A stretch of DNA of 64,000 bases from an uncultured Nitrososphaerota archaeon (GCA_964518475.1 CAZFGR010000007.1:1-64000), one strand, 5' to 3'; counted from the stretch's first letter, positions 1 through 9,892 are shown. Translations and numbers: made by a program. Notes: generated by a model not told the origin, from the sequence alone.

Positions 1-330
1 TTTTAATGCCGGAGAATTTCGTAATCCCTCATCACCAGCTCACCTATTATTTTTCACAGCTCAGGGGAACACGGATACTATTGTTATGGAGTAGATGAAA
101 AGTATATTAATCTTACTTTGGTTCTAAATAGAAACATTAAGAAAGAGTGTTGTGAGTTTTTTGGGTCTTTTTTAGGTAGTTGGAAGTTCCTGCGTGAGTT
201 TGTTATTTCTCTGGAACTTAATAATCTAGAGGTTTACTTTCATAGTAGACTTCTTGCTTCTGTCGCATTAAATTTATTTGCACTATGGATGCAAATTATT
301 TTTATAAGTTTTTGCAAATGGGTTGCATAT

Positions 331-1608
331 ATGGAGGATCAGAATCCGTGGTGGGTAAACGAGGTTCATGATAAGTATATTGAGTGGAAGGAATCAGAGA
401 TTAAGTGGATGCCTTCTTTTGTGGAATTGGTTGAAGTGGAGCCGTTTTCTCTTAATTTTGTTATAGGGCCGAGGCAGATTGGTAAGACTACGGCTATTAT
501 GGTGTTTATTCACGATGTCCTGTTGAGGAGGAGGGATCCGAGGAGTATTTTTTATTATCCATGTGATGAGGTGGTGGATTACGAGGAGCTCGGAGAGATC
601 TTGGACGATTACTATAACTATAAGCAATCAGTAAGGATCAAATCTTCGGTGATTTTTCTTGACGAAATAACCTTTGTTGATGAGTGGTGGAGGACTATTA
701 AGGCTAGAATCGATGCTGGCAGGTTTAAGAATGACGTAATCTTTATCTCTGGCTCGGCTAGTATTGAACTTATTGCTGGTAAAGAGAGGTTCCCGGGGAG
801 GAGGGGGAATGGGAAGGATTATTATCTGTTGCCCCTGACTTTTCAGGAGTATTCTAGATTAGTTAAGAAGCGCCCTTTGGTTTTACAGGACTTTTCTCCA
901 ATTAGTATAGATAATCTCTTGTCGGCTAATAAAGTGTTTAGAAAAGACATTAGAGAAGACTTCGAGGAGTACCTAATTACTGGTGGTTTCCCATTATCAA
1001 TCAAAGAATACCTGGCTAAGGGAAGAGTCTCTTCTGCTCATAAGATTTACCTGGACTGGCTAATAAGTGATATAGTAAGGGCTGGCAAAAATGATAGATT
1101 AGTGAAGGATATTCTTTCTCAGGTAATTTGTGCTAGGCTGAACCCAGTAAGTTGGAATAGTTTAGCCAAAGAGGTAGGGGGTGTATCGCCGCACACTATC
1201 AGAAACTATATCGACTTTCTGCAAAAACTCTTCATTGTTAAAGTTCTTGAATTCGTGGATCCTGGAGGTAAAGTAATTCATAGGAAGAACAAGAAGATCC
1301 ATATTATCGACCCATTCCTTTATGATACGGTAGCTAGATGGACCAGGGAGAACGCCACTACGGAGCAAAAAGTAGAATCTACCGTCATGTTTCATTTATC
1401 CTTCTTTGGTGAAACATATTACTGGAGGAACTCGACAGAGATAGATATTGTTCTTAAACGTGATCAAGACTTACTAGGTTTCGAAGTAAAATGGGGGCTA
1501 AAACCAACTGCTAGAAAAAGGCCTATAAAAACAATCATCTTGGATAGGGATCGGATTCCTCTCTTCCTTGCTAGTCTTAAAATAAGAAGCACTTATAAGG
1601 TAGGATAA
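331..1608 (+). CDS. AAA+ ATPase (AAA_14) with C-terminal DUF4143 PD-(D/E)xK-like domain
   Basis: QNPWW N-terminus, Walker A GPRQIGKTT, Walker B FLDEI, SGS, GGFP, EIDIV..FEVKW. Start moved from 118 to ATG 331 because family members begin near QNPWW. Confidence 0.85.
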   Translation: MEDQNPWWVNEVHDKYIEWKESEIKWMPSFVELVEVEPFSLNFVIGPRQIGKTTAIMVFIHDVLLRRRDPRSIFYYPCDEVVDYEELGEILDDYYNYKQSVRIKSSVIFLDEITFVDEWWRTIKARIDAGRFKNDVIFISGSASIELIAGKERFPGRRGNGKDYYLLPLTFQEYSRLVKKRPLVLQDFSPISIDNLLSANKVFRKDIREDFEEYLITGGFPLSIKEYLAKGRVSSAHKIYLDWLISDIVRAGKNDRLVKDILSQVICARLNPVSWNSLAKEVGGVSPHTIRNYIDFLQKLFIVKVLEFVDPGGKVIHRKNKKIHIIDPFLYDTVARWTRENATTEQKVESTVMFHLSFFGETYYWRNSTEIDIVLKRDQDLLGFEVKWGLKPTARKRPIKTIILDRDRIPLFLASLKIRSTYKVG

Positions 1609-1822
1609 TAATGAACTTGGATACTGTATTATTCCGAATCTAAAGGGTTATACTGAATTTTTCTGATATCCCTTTTTTTATTTTTGGAGAAACTGGTTCT
1701 TATAATTTAAGCTCTTTGGGTATTTTCAGTAAGTACCTTATTTGGTGAGAAGCGAAGGTTCATAGTAACTTATGTTTTGTAAGGGATTAGGATATGAAAA
1801 GAAAATGTGGTGGGTTTGTGGA

Positions 1823-2728
1823 ATGGTAGATCTCTCAGTAAGGATCGGGAAACTCCAGTTACGGAATCCCACTATGTTGGCTTCTGGGATATTGGGGGAT
1901 AAGGCGTCGTTGCTTGAGAGAGCATATCGTGCTGGAGCAGGTGCCGTGGTAACTAAATCTTTCACTAGAGAGCCCAGAGAGGGGTACGCTACTCCTATAA
2001 TTGTTGGGGTACCCTGCGGCTTTATCAACGCTGTTGGGTTAGCTAATCCTGGTAAAGATGGGCTAAAAAGCGTTTTAGAGAAGATTAGGGGAAAATTTCC
2101 GGTTATTGTTAGTATTGCTGGAGCAACTGTTGAAGAGTTTGTGGAGCTCGCTGTTATTGCGGAGGATTATGGCGCGGATGGGCTTGAGTTGAATATGTCC
2201 TGTCCTCATGCCGAGAGGAGAGGATTAGAGATCGGATCAGATCCCTCTATCGTGGGGAAAATTGTTGAGGATGTTAAGCAAAGTGTTAAAATCCCGATTT
2301 TTGTAAAATTGGGACTCTCAGATAATATCTTTGAGAGCTGTAAACAGGCTGAAGAAGCTGGCGCTGATGCTTTAGTGTTAATTAATACGATAAGAGCTAT
2401 GAAGATTGATATATGGATTCGAAAACCAGTTTTATCGCACAAATATGGAGGTCTATCTGGCCAAGCTATCCATCCAATCGCTGTATTCACTGTTTATAGA
2501 GCGTATGAAATAGTAGATATACCAGTAATCGGAGTCGGAGGAGTAACTAATTGGGAAGACGCCGTCGAGTTTCTCCTAGCTGGAGCCTCTGCTGTACAAA
2601 TAGGATCTTCTCTAGCTTTGAAAGGCTACAATATATTCTCCGAAATAGTTAATGGGATAAGGCACTACTTGGAGAAAATCGGTTTTTCCTCTGTAAGAGA
2701 TATTATTGGTTTAGCTCATGAAGAGTGA
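1823..2728 (+). CDS. pyrD: Dihydroorotate dehydrogenase, family 1 catalytic subunit
   Basis: NPTMLASG, VTKS, NAVGLANPG, ELNMSCPH, INT, GGLSG, IGVGG, AGASAVQIG. Start likely ATG 1823 (MVDLSV). Confidence 0.95.
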   Translation: MVDLSVRIGKLQLRNPTMLASGILGDKASLLERAYRAGAGAVVTKSFTREPREGYATPIIVGVPCGFINAVGLANPGKDGLKSVLEKIRGKFPVIVSIAGATVEEFVELAVIAEDYGADGLELNMSCPHAERRGLEIGSDPSIVGKIVEDVKQSVKIPIFVKLGLSDNIFESCKQAEEAGADALVLINTIRAMKIDIWIRKPVLSHKYGGLSGQAIHPIAVFTVYRAYEIVDIPVIGVGGVTNWEDAVEFLLAGASAVQIGSSLALKGYNIFSEIVNGIRHYLEKIGFSSVRDIIGLAHEE

Positions 2729-2876
2729 TACGACCAAGGATAGTTATGCCTTCTTATTGTAATAATTGGTCTAGTAAAGCCATCTTTTTGCTAAAAACAC
2801 TATTCTTTTTATCCATAACTTAATAATTCTAATAATTAGTAGTATTTATTTCTGAAATAATTATAGCAAAGAAAAG

Positions 2877-3434
2877 GTGATGGTTATGAGTGGTGAGAAA
2901 AGCGTAGGGGCTGAGATAGATATTATCCTTAAGAGAATTAAAGAGCTTGAACAAGAAGTTGAAAAGCTGCGAAAAGCGGGTGTAGAGAGGGCTGAAAAAG
3001 AGAAACTATTACAAGAATTGAGAGAGCTTGTCTCAGCTACTAGAGAAGCAAATGTTATCAATATTAGAATAGCAACAACAGCGAGAGGAGCGATCTTTAG
3101 GCTAAAGAGGGGAGTATGGGCTTTAATGGGTCAGCTCAAGAAACAGTACCAAGACAGATTTGATCTAGAGACTAGCAAGAATAATTGGGCAAAGATGGCG
3201 TCGTTAATAATTAGGAAGATAAACGAGGCCGGCTTAACGGAGTATCCAACAAAGATCGTCATGACCTACGAGGTTGTTGAGCAAGATGGCAAAGTTATCT
3301 TTAAGCCGAAGACTGCAAGGATTCTCACATTCGAACCTGCTGGACATTTACTAGCAACCTTTGAGGAAGCTGAGAAAGAAGAGGTAAAAGAGGAAGTAAT
3401 AGAGGTTAAAGAAGAGGAAGGAGAGGAGGAGTAG
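2877..3434 (+). CDS. Hypothetical protein: N-terminal coiled coil, possible ThermoDBP/DUF2258-like core, acidic tail
   Basis: Heptad N-terminus, helix-helix-beta core (IVMTYEVVEQDGKVIFKP), E-rich C-terminus. Family assignment is weak. Confidence 0.55.
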   Translation: MMVMSGEKSVGAEIDIILKRIKELEQEVEKLRKAGVERAEKEKLLQELRELVSATREANVINIRIATTARGAIFRLKRGVWALMGQLKKQYQDRFDLETSKNNWAKMASLIIRKINEAGLTEYPTKIVMTYEVVEQDGKVIFKPKTARILTFEPAGHLLATFEEAEKEEVKEEVIEVKEEEGEEE

Positions 3435-3467
3435 GCCTAAGTAGAGTTTTTCTTTTTCTTTTTAGGC

Positions 3468-4319
3468 CTATGAGAGGAAGAAATCATATGCTTCGTTAAG
3501 CATTAAAATATCTCCATACTCAATATCTTTCTGTACGGGTCTTATTTTTCTAGCCCTATAGACTTCTGCAAGATCTATGTTTGCGGAAACGATATCTTCC
3601 TCGTAACTCTTTGCTTGTGCAATTATATTTCCTAAAGGATTCACTAAAATGCTATCTCCAAAGAAGTCTAATCCATCCTGAAAACCGACGGTATTAACGT
3701 AAGCAATGTATACTGTATTCTCGATCGCTCTCGCTCTTAAGAGGGGCTTCCAGAAAGCTCTAGAAAGGGTAGGGGCGGCGGAGGCGACACATATTACATC
3801 AGCCCCCAGTAATGCCAAAGTTCTTGCTACCTCTGGGAAAAATGTGTCGTAGCAGATCATTCCACCTACTCTTAGCCCATTAGGGAGTTCTAGAAGGGAA
3901 GGCGGGGATACGGGTCCAGGCCTAAAATACCTATACTCATCGAAAACACTGAAAGTTGGTAAGTGTCTCTTCCTAAATACGGCCTCTACTCCGCTGGATG
4001 AGATAAAAACGTAGGAATTATATACTATGCCACGTGGTAACTCGGCTAATTCTGGCATACCCACTGCAACGTAACAATTAGGGAATTCTTTAAGTGCTTC
4101 AGCTATTTTCTTAGTACTTTCTCCTGGAACAGGTTCTGCTAAGTCAAAAATTGCCTCCTTCATCAAGTATCCGGTCAGAAATAGCTCTGGAAACAAGAAT
4201 AGATTGGGCATGGATGCATCATAATTTTCTTGGACTATCTCAATCATTCTTTCAATGTTCTTATTTTTATTACCCATAACAGGTCTTAATTGTGCAAGTA
4301 CGATATGTATTTTACTCAA
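3468..4319 (-). CDS. Carbon-nitrogen hydrolase (nitrilase family), probable glutaminase partner of NAD synthetase
   Basis: Catalytic triad motifs FPEL, RKRHLP, ICYD; HLPTFSVFDEYRYF resembles NadE glutaminase domains; adjacent to nadE. Confidence 0.85.
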   Translation of the reverse strand: MSKIHIVLAQLRPVMGNKNKNIERMIEIVQENYDASMPNLFLFPELFLTGYLMKEAIFDLAEPVPGESTKKIAEALKEFPNCYVAVGMPELAELPRGIVYNSYVFISSSGVEAVFRKRHLPTFSVFDEYRYFRPGPVSPPSLLELPNGLRVGGMICYDTFFPEVARTLALLGADVICVASAAPTLSRAFWKPLLRARAIENTVYIAYVNTVGFQDGLDFFGDSILVNPLGNIIAQAKSYEEDIVSANIDLAEVYRARKIRPVQKDIEYGDILMLNEAYDFFLS

Positions 4320-4359
4320 TATAGATCCCTCTCAAGAATATCTGGAGGTGCTTGGTAAA

Positions 4360-5229
4360 ATGATAACAATAGAGGAAATAAAAAAGAGACTACTCGACAT
4401 AGACCCCCAATTTGTTGTGTCTAGGATTACAGACTTTCTCAGATATTACTTCAGTGAGACAGGTGCTGAAATTGCTGTAATAGGGCTTAGTGGTGGTATA
4501 GACTCCTCAGTTACTCTAACATTGGTTACAAAAGCCCTCGGAAAGAAGAAAGTTTTGGCCGTCTTAATGCCTCATAGAGATATTACTCCAGAACAAGATA
4601 TGAAAGATGCTAAGGATCTCATAGAGTTACTAGGTGTAGACTATGTAGAGGCGCCGATAGAATCGTTCGTCCATAGTATTGAAAATCATTTAGAGGAACG
4701 AGGAATATCTCTCTCAAAAATCGCTAGAGGGAATATTTTAGCAAGAATTCGAATGATTATTTTGTACTCTATCGCTAATAGTAGGAATGGACTAGTGGTT
4801 GGATCCAGTGACAAGAGCGAATTATTACTAGGGTACTTTACGAAGTATGGAGATGGGGGCGTAGATATCCTTCTCTTGGGGGATCTTTATAAGTCCCAGG
4901 TCAGATTGTTGGGGAAGTATCTCAGATTACCCGATGAGATTGTTAACAAACCCAGTAGTCCGAGATTATGGGAAGGGCATACAGCTAAGGAAGAATTAGG
5001 CGCAGACTATGATATAATTGATCTAATTCTGTATGCGCTGGTTGATTTAAAACTGAGCCCGAATAGAATTTTGAACGAGAGCGATTTTCCAAAAGATCTT
5101 ACTCGTAATATCATTAAACGAGTTATAAGGAATGAACATAAAAGAAGTTTTCCTATTATTCCAAAGATTTCTAAGGGAATGACTATTGGCTACGATTGGA
5201 GATACCCCATAATTAGGCATGACTTTTAG
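4360..5229 (+). CDS. nadE: NAD+ synthetase (single domain)
   Basis: GLSGGIDSS, NILARIRM, SELLLGYFTKYGDGGVD, LYKSQV, KPSSPRLW. SD GGAGGTG at 4344-4350 before ATG 4360. Confidence 0.95.
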   Translation: MITIEEIKKRLLDIDPQFVVSRITDFLRYYFSETGAEIAVIGLSGGIDSSVTLTLVTKALGKKKVLAVLMPHRDITPEQDMKDAKDLIELLGVDYVEAPIESFVHSIENHLEERGISLSKIARGNILARIRMIILYSIANSRNGLVVGSSDKSELLLGYFTKYGDGGVDILLLGDLYKSQVRLLGKYLRLPDEIVNKPSSPRLWEGHTAKEELGADYDIIDLILYALVDLKLSPNRILNESDFPKDLTRNIIKRVIRNEHKRSFPIIPKISKGMTIGYDWRYPIIRHDF

Positions 5230-5363
5230 TGAAATATGCGATAGAGTTATATGATTTTTTAAATCAAAACTATGACAGTTCTGATGTTTTTCTCTTGTTG
5301 CTAACTAAATAGGCACCGTTTGTAATCTTTTGAAAGAAGGGAATTAGGATTTTGTGACAAAAA

Positions 5364-6500
5364 ATGCCCGTGTATGTTCGAGGTTATGGACTAACACGTG
5401 TTGGTGAGCATTGGGATAAGAATTTAATAGATCTAGCGGTTGATGCTTGCTTACAAGCGTTAGAAAGCGCTAATTTAAGGCCTTCAGATCTTGACGGTGT
5501 TTACGTAGCTAATGCATTGAGCAATTATCTTAATCACCAGGGGCTCTTAGAAGCGTACTTAGCGGATTACCTAGGAATTATGGGTAAGACACTTATTCGG
5601 GTCGAGAGTGACGGGGCTTCGGGGGGTTTAGCAATATACCAAGCATTCAAGGATGTTGCCAGCGGCCTCGCAAGAAATGTGCTAGTGTGTGGATTAGAGA
5701 AATTAACTGATGTGTTACCATCTCACATAACCAGTGCTAGAAATTTGGGAAGTGATTGGCTTTTCTTATCCTCTATTGGAGCCACTCAAGAAGCTTTACA
5801 AGCGATTCTTTTGCAATTATACATGGATCGCTATAATGCTCAGCACGAGAACATAGCTAATCTCGCAGTGGTATCCCATGAACATGCTGTAACAGCTCCT
5901 CATGCTCAATTTCGTAGAAAAATAACGATTGAGAGCGTGATGAAATCTCCAACAGTAGCCGATCCTCTAAGGATCTTTGAGGTTCCAGCACCGGGAGATG
6001 GAGCAGCAGCTCTCATTATTTCGGCTGAGAAGGGAGATGTTGAAATAGTTGGTTCGAGCGTAGCCAATGATAAATTTAGGATTTATGAGCGTGAGGATCC
6101 TCTCTGGTTAGAATCCGTGTACTTGGCGGCGCAGAACGCTTATAGACAGGCAGGAGTCTCACCTAGTGAGATCGATTTTGTTGAATTATATGATTCAAGC
6201 ACGATAATGGGTGTACTAGAACTTGAGTCTCTAGGTTTTGTTGAAAGAGGAGAAGGGCATAAACTAGTGGGTTCGGAAGATGTTAAGTTAGGGGGAAGGA
6301 CCCCAGTCAACACATTTGGAGGATTGAAAGCTCGGGGAGATCCAGTAGGAGCCACAGGGATTTATCAAGCTGTTGAATCTTATTTGCAGTTAAGTAATAA
6401 TGCTGGCAATAATCAAGTGGAGAAAGCTAGGGTTGGGTTAGCAATTAGTATCGGTGGGATCGGTGCAATATCTGTAGTAAACATATTTAAAAGGAGATGA
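5364..6500 (+). CDS. Thiolase-fold protein (archaeal acetoacetyl-CoA thiolase/SCP2 type) with substituted catalytic residues
   Basis: VESDGASGG, DGAAALI, VNTFGGLKARGDPVGATG; paired with a DUF35 gene. Confidence 0.85.
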   Translation: MPVYVRGYGLTRVGEHWDKNLIDLAVDACLQALESANLRPSDLDGVYVANALSNYLNHQGLLEAYLADYLGIMGKTLIRVESDGASGGLAIYQAFKDVASGLARNVLVCGLEKLTDVLPSHITSARNLGSDWLFLSSIGATQEALQAILLQLYMDRYNAQHENIANLAVVSHEHAVTAPHAQFRRKITIESVMKSPTVADPLRIFEVPAPGDGAAALIISAEKGDVEIVGSSVANDKFRIYEREDPLWLESVYLAAQNAYRQAGVSPSEIDFVELYDSSTIMGVLELESLGFVERGEGHKLVGSEDVKLGGRTPVNTFGGLKARGDPVGATGIYQAVESYLQLSNNAGNNQVEKARVGLAISIGGIGAISVVNIFKRR

Positions 6501-6506
6501 TGGATA

Positions 6507-6899
6507 ATGCAGAGAGCTCCGGAATATTGGAGAAACCAACGAATATATCTGCAATTAATAGGGTCTAAATGCAAAGAATGCGGTAAAATATATTTTCCGC
6601 CTCGCCCATACTGTGCTAATTGTGGCTCAAGAAATCTTGAAGAATACAAGTTACCAGAAACTGGTAAGCTTCTGGCTTGGACTGTTGTAAGAAGCCCACC
6701 CAAGGAGTTCGAGGAGTACGCTCCTTATATACTGGGCTTTATAGAACTCGATGACGGAACTCGAATAATTGCGCAGATAACAGACGTTGACATAAACAAT
6801 CTCAAAAAAGGCATGAGAGTGAGAGCTGTAGTTCGTAGAGGTATGGTTGAGAATGAAGACGGGATTATAAGATACATCTATAAGTTTGTGCCAGAATAA
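6507..6899 (+). CDS. DUF35 Zn-ribbon/OB-fold protein, thiolase partner
   Basis: CKECG..FPPR..CANCG, PYILGFIELDDG, GMRVRAV; 6 bp after the thiolase gene. Confidence 0.92.
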   Translation: MQRAPEYWRNQRIYLQLIGSKCKECGKIYFPPRPYCANCGSRNLEEYKLPETGKLLAWTVVRSPPKEFEEYAPYILGFIELDDGTRIIAQITDVDINNLKKGMRVRAVVRRGMVENEDGIIRYIYKFVPE

Positions 6900-6902
6900 C
6901 CC

Positions 6903-7148
6903 TTAATAGTTCCTCTGAGAATTTTCCAGGTTTTTTATCTCTCTATTAACTCTTTCTAATAGCTTCACCACTAATAATCGCCTAAAATCTTCGATAATTC
7001 CGAGTAAACTCTCAAGTTCTCTAGAAGCTCTTATCAGTAATGTTCGGGCTTTTTCCACATTTCCGCGATCTCTTTCCCTAAGACCCATTCTAACGAGTTC
7101 AATCACGTTTTTGAGTTGCTCGTCTTCATCCAGAGGATTCGCCTCCAA
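6903..7148 (-). CDS. Small three-helix protein, MIT-domain-like
   Basis: Pattern IELVRMGLRERDRGNVEKARTLL...RRLLVVKLLERV resembles MIT helices 1-3. Confidence 0.5.
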   Translation of the reverse strand: MEANPLDEDEQLKNVIELVRMGLRERDRGNVEKARTLLIRASRELESLLGIIEDFRRLLVVKLLERVNREIKNLENSQRNY

Positions 7149-7265
7149 GAAAAGTCCTGCTTATCGAGGTGTAGTCCATAAATAAAATCATTAAGCCAAA
7201 ATAATAGCTGTGTAAAAGACCTATATAAAGAATAAAGGTTTTTAAGAAAAATTTTCAAGAGAGTC

Positions 7266-9005
7266 TTAACTTTGTCTCAAAAATGTTTCATAAGTTTTTC
7301 TATAGAGCTCCGTGCTTGAAAGTTTCTTTGTGTCTCTGACGTACTTTATCTGTGGACCAACAGTAGCTTCACCTCTTGTTTTTGCCCATTCATCAAGAGG
7401 AATTCCGTGTTGCTTCTGGATATAATCGCGATAGAGGTCTGGAAGAACGTTAAAGGCGCAGAATGGGATAATTTTACCGCCCGGTACTAGATAGTGAATG
7501 TTACATCGTTCCACACGTGAGACATCATAATTGTATGTATCCTGGAAATGCATCATGCCTAAGAACAATAGTTTGTAATGGAATTCTCCTAGAGCATGAT
7601 AGTTTCTCTTGAGAATTATCTTGAGGAGTAATCTTCGGATTTTTAGATGCTTTGGAGCTTTTTTAGCATCGACGTATTTCCTTAAGTTCCAAGCTAAGCT
7701 GAGAAGAACTCTCCACCGGCTTTTACCGTTCCTCAATTCTTCAGCTTTCTGCTTGAAGAACTCCCATAACCCTTCAACATCGATAAAGTCTGTTATTGGT
7801 ACGAATTTCTTAACAACTCTCTGACCATTTACTTTCTCATAAACAGGTACTACGTAGGTTGCCACGCCACATGCTGGGTGATTACTCATTTTAAGTGTGG
7901 GATTTCTGGACAAAGATTCTACAAAATCTGAGAATACATAGGTCCAAGGTACTGGATACCAAGCATCTCTAGGTATTTCACCATCAGTCTGTTCCTCAAT
8001 CATCTTAACTACATCGGGTATCGTTATCCTTATCTTCTCTCTTTCATGACGAGGTACACTACCAGTTATAGAGATTGGCTGGAAATTAACGCCTCTTATC
8101 ACATCTATATTCTTAGCAGCGAATCGAATAATGTCAGCTAGTTCATGAGTATTAAGGCCCCGAATAACGACGGGGACCAAAACAACGCTTGTCATGCCAG
8201 CTCGTCTGAATGTTTCGAGGATATAAGGTATTTCCCAATGGTTCTTGGGGTTGGTTTTAGGTGTTACTCCATCGAAGCTCAGATATATGGTGTTTACTCC
8301 AGCCTCCCTAAGTTCTTTAGCGTACTTCACAGCCTCTTCAGGTCCTTTCTCAAACCAAAGTCTAGCGAATTTTAATCCGTTAGTATTTAGCTGAATATGT
8401 GTAATACCCTCCTCTCTAAGCATCTTAACGATCTCGATTAGATCCTCACGAAGTGTTGGTTCACCACCCGTTAACTGTACAGCGTTTGGCGAGAATGGGC
8501 CTTGTTTCCTTAGCGTCCTAACCATTTCCCGTAGTTCCTCTAGAGAAGGTTCGTATACAAAACCAGCTTTTTCAGCGAAGAAGAAACAGTACCAGCATGA
8601 TAGGTCACAACGGTTTGTAAGAACAATATTTGCTAAAGCAGTTTGGTTTTTGTGGAGGGGACAGAGTCCACAACTAAATGGACAGGGGGCTGTTGCTGGC
8701 ACATTGGTGTTCTCGACTTTTGTTTCTGGGGCCCAGAATCTCAGAGCCTTATAGAATAATTGAGCATCACCCCAATAGATCTCCTCAATCTCACCGTGTT
8801 CTGGACATACTTTTCGTATCCATATTTTATCGTCTCTCTCAAACACCACAGCTGGTAATAACCTGTAACATTCAGGACAGATGGATCTAGTCTCCATAAC
8901 TAGTTTCTCGCCCTCTTTTAGCTCAGGCTTAGGAGCGGGCCCTAGGGGTATCACTCTTTCCCCTACCCGTATTGTTTTTGCCCGTGTAGTGCTCATAGTA
9001 ATCAC
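7266..9005 (-). CDS. tes: Radical SAM tetraether lipid synthase (Tes/GDGT-MAS, MJ0619 family)
   Basis: N-terminal CPEC..CPEHG, CPFSCGLCPLH, CDLSCWYC SAM motif, GGEPT, HPACG, MHFQD..NYDVSRVERC, IPFCAFN. Confidence 0.9.
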   Translation of the reverse strand: MITMSTTRAKTIRVGERVIPLGPAPKPELKEGEKLVMETRSICPECYRLLPAVVFERDDKIWIRKVCPEHGEIEEIYWGDAQLFYKALRFWAPETKVENTNVPATAPCPFSCGLCPLHKNQTALANIVLTNRCDLSCWYCFFFAEKAGFVYEPSLEELREMVRTLRKQGPFSPNAVQLTGGEPTLREDLIEIVKMLREEGITHIQLNTNGLKFARLWFEKGPEEAVKYAKELREAGVNTIYLSFDGVTPKTNPKNHWEIPYILETFRRAGMTSVVLVPVVIRGLNTHELADIIRFAAKNIDVIRGVNFQPISITGSVPRHEREKIRITIPDVVKMIEEQTDGEIPRDAWYPVPWTYVFSDFVESLSRNPTLKMSNHPACGVATYVVPVYEKVNGQRVVKKFVPITDFIDVEGLWEFFKQKAEELRNGKSRWRVLLSLAWNLRKYVDAKKAPKHLKIRRLLLKIILKRNYHALGEFHYKLLFLGMMHFQDTYNYDVSRVERCNIHYLVPGGKIIPFCAFNVLPDLYRDYIQKQHGIPLDEWAKTRGEATVGPQIKYVRDTKKLSSTELYRKTYETFLRQS

Positions 9006-9110
9006 TTACCAAAAGTAATGTCTCAAGAATGGGACTCCAAAAATAACAGAATCCATACTCCCTTATAAATTTTTCCCATTCATGGTGAGCACTAGTGATT
9101 AGCTGCAAAT

Positions 9111-9137
9111 ATACAAATCTACTAAATAGATTTGTAT
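9111..9137. promoter_or_regulatory. Perfect 11-bp inverted repeat upstream of tes
   Basis: ATACAAATCTA-ctaaa-TAGATTTGTAT in the ndk-tes intergenic region. Operator or terminator role is inferred. Confidence 0.45.
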
Positions 9138-9184
9138 TAAAAAGTCCTAACTTTAAGAAATAGAGAATTTAAAGGTGAAATCGT

Positions 9185-9892
9185 TCAGCGTTTTAGAAGA
9201 ACGTTTCTAACAAGCAGCTCAGCAAATTTCTCTACGAGTATCTTGTTACTTCGTGTAGTCTCATCAGTCTCCTTTTTGAGCAATGAGATAAAATGATTCT
9301 TCACCTCTTCTACCTTATCGGGATTATTGGCTAAGAACTCGGACAGCTCTATGTATCTTTCGTTATCGATTACTGGATAGTCTATATAGGTCTCTATGTA
9401 TTCTTCAACCGCTCTTTGAACAATATCAGGGTCTCGTAACTGGATCCCTTTCTCCATAAGGTATCGCTCCCATATCGTACTCTCCCGCTTAGCACTTTCT
9501 AGGGAATCTGAGGCATGCGCCACATTCACTCCGCCGTAAATACCAAACTTGCCTCTAATAGAAGCTGGAGCTTCCTTGAATGCTTTTTGAACAAGTGTTG
9601 GTCCTAGAAGTTTCCTTATTTGTTCGATTTTCTCTGGAGTAGCTTCAATTAATATGAACCTTATGGGAGCAAAAGAGGTGTATTCAACTAGCCAATCGAA
9701 GAAGAACTTCCCTTTATGCTCCATATAGTGCTGTTCAGCTAGGAACTCCTTGTCAACGATGATCTCTTCAAAGGATAAGAATTTTAAGCCCCCTACTTTC
9801 TCTATCAATGCTTTCAGAGTCCTGGCGCCCACATAACGTCTTATCACAGCATCTGGCTTAAGGAAGAATACTATTCTGACAGTATTGCTCAT
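9185..9892 (-). CDS. ndk: Nucleoside diphosphate kinase with C-terminal extension
   Basis: LKPDAV, HYMEHKGKFFF, SIRGKFG, NVAHASDS (catalytic His). Confidence 0.9.
   Translation of the reverse strand: MSNTVRIVFFLKPDAVIRRYVGARTLKALIEKVGGLKFLSFEEIIVDKEFLAEQHYMEHKGKFFFDWLVEYTSFAPIRFILIEATPEKIEQIRKLLGPTLVQKAFKEAPASIRGKFGIYGGVNVAHASDSLESAKRESTIWERYLMEKGIQLRDPDIVQRAVEEYIETYIDYPVIDNERYIELSEFLANNPDKVEEVKNHFISLLKKETDETTRSNKILVEKFAELLVRNVLLKR

Noticed and set aside
1-70. C-box-like GTGATGA on the minus strand near the window start
   Set aside because: No D/D' box at guide distance and the window edge truncates context; it may be an SD plus start of a short ORF.
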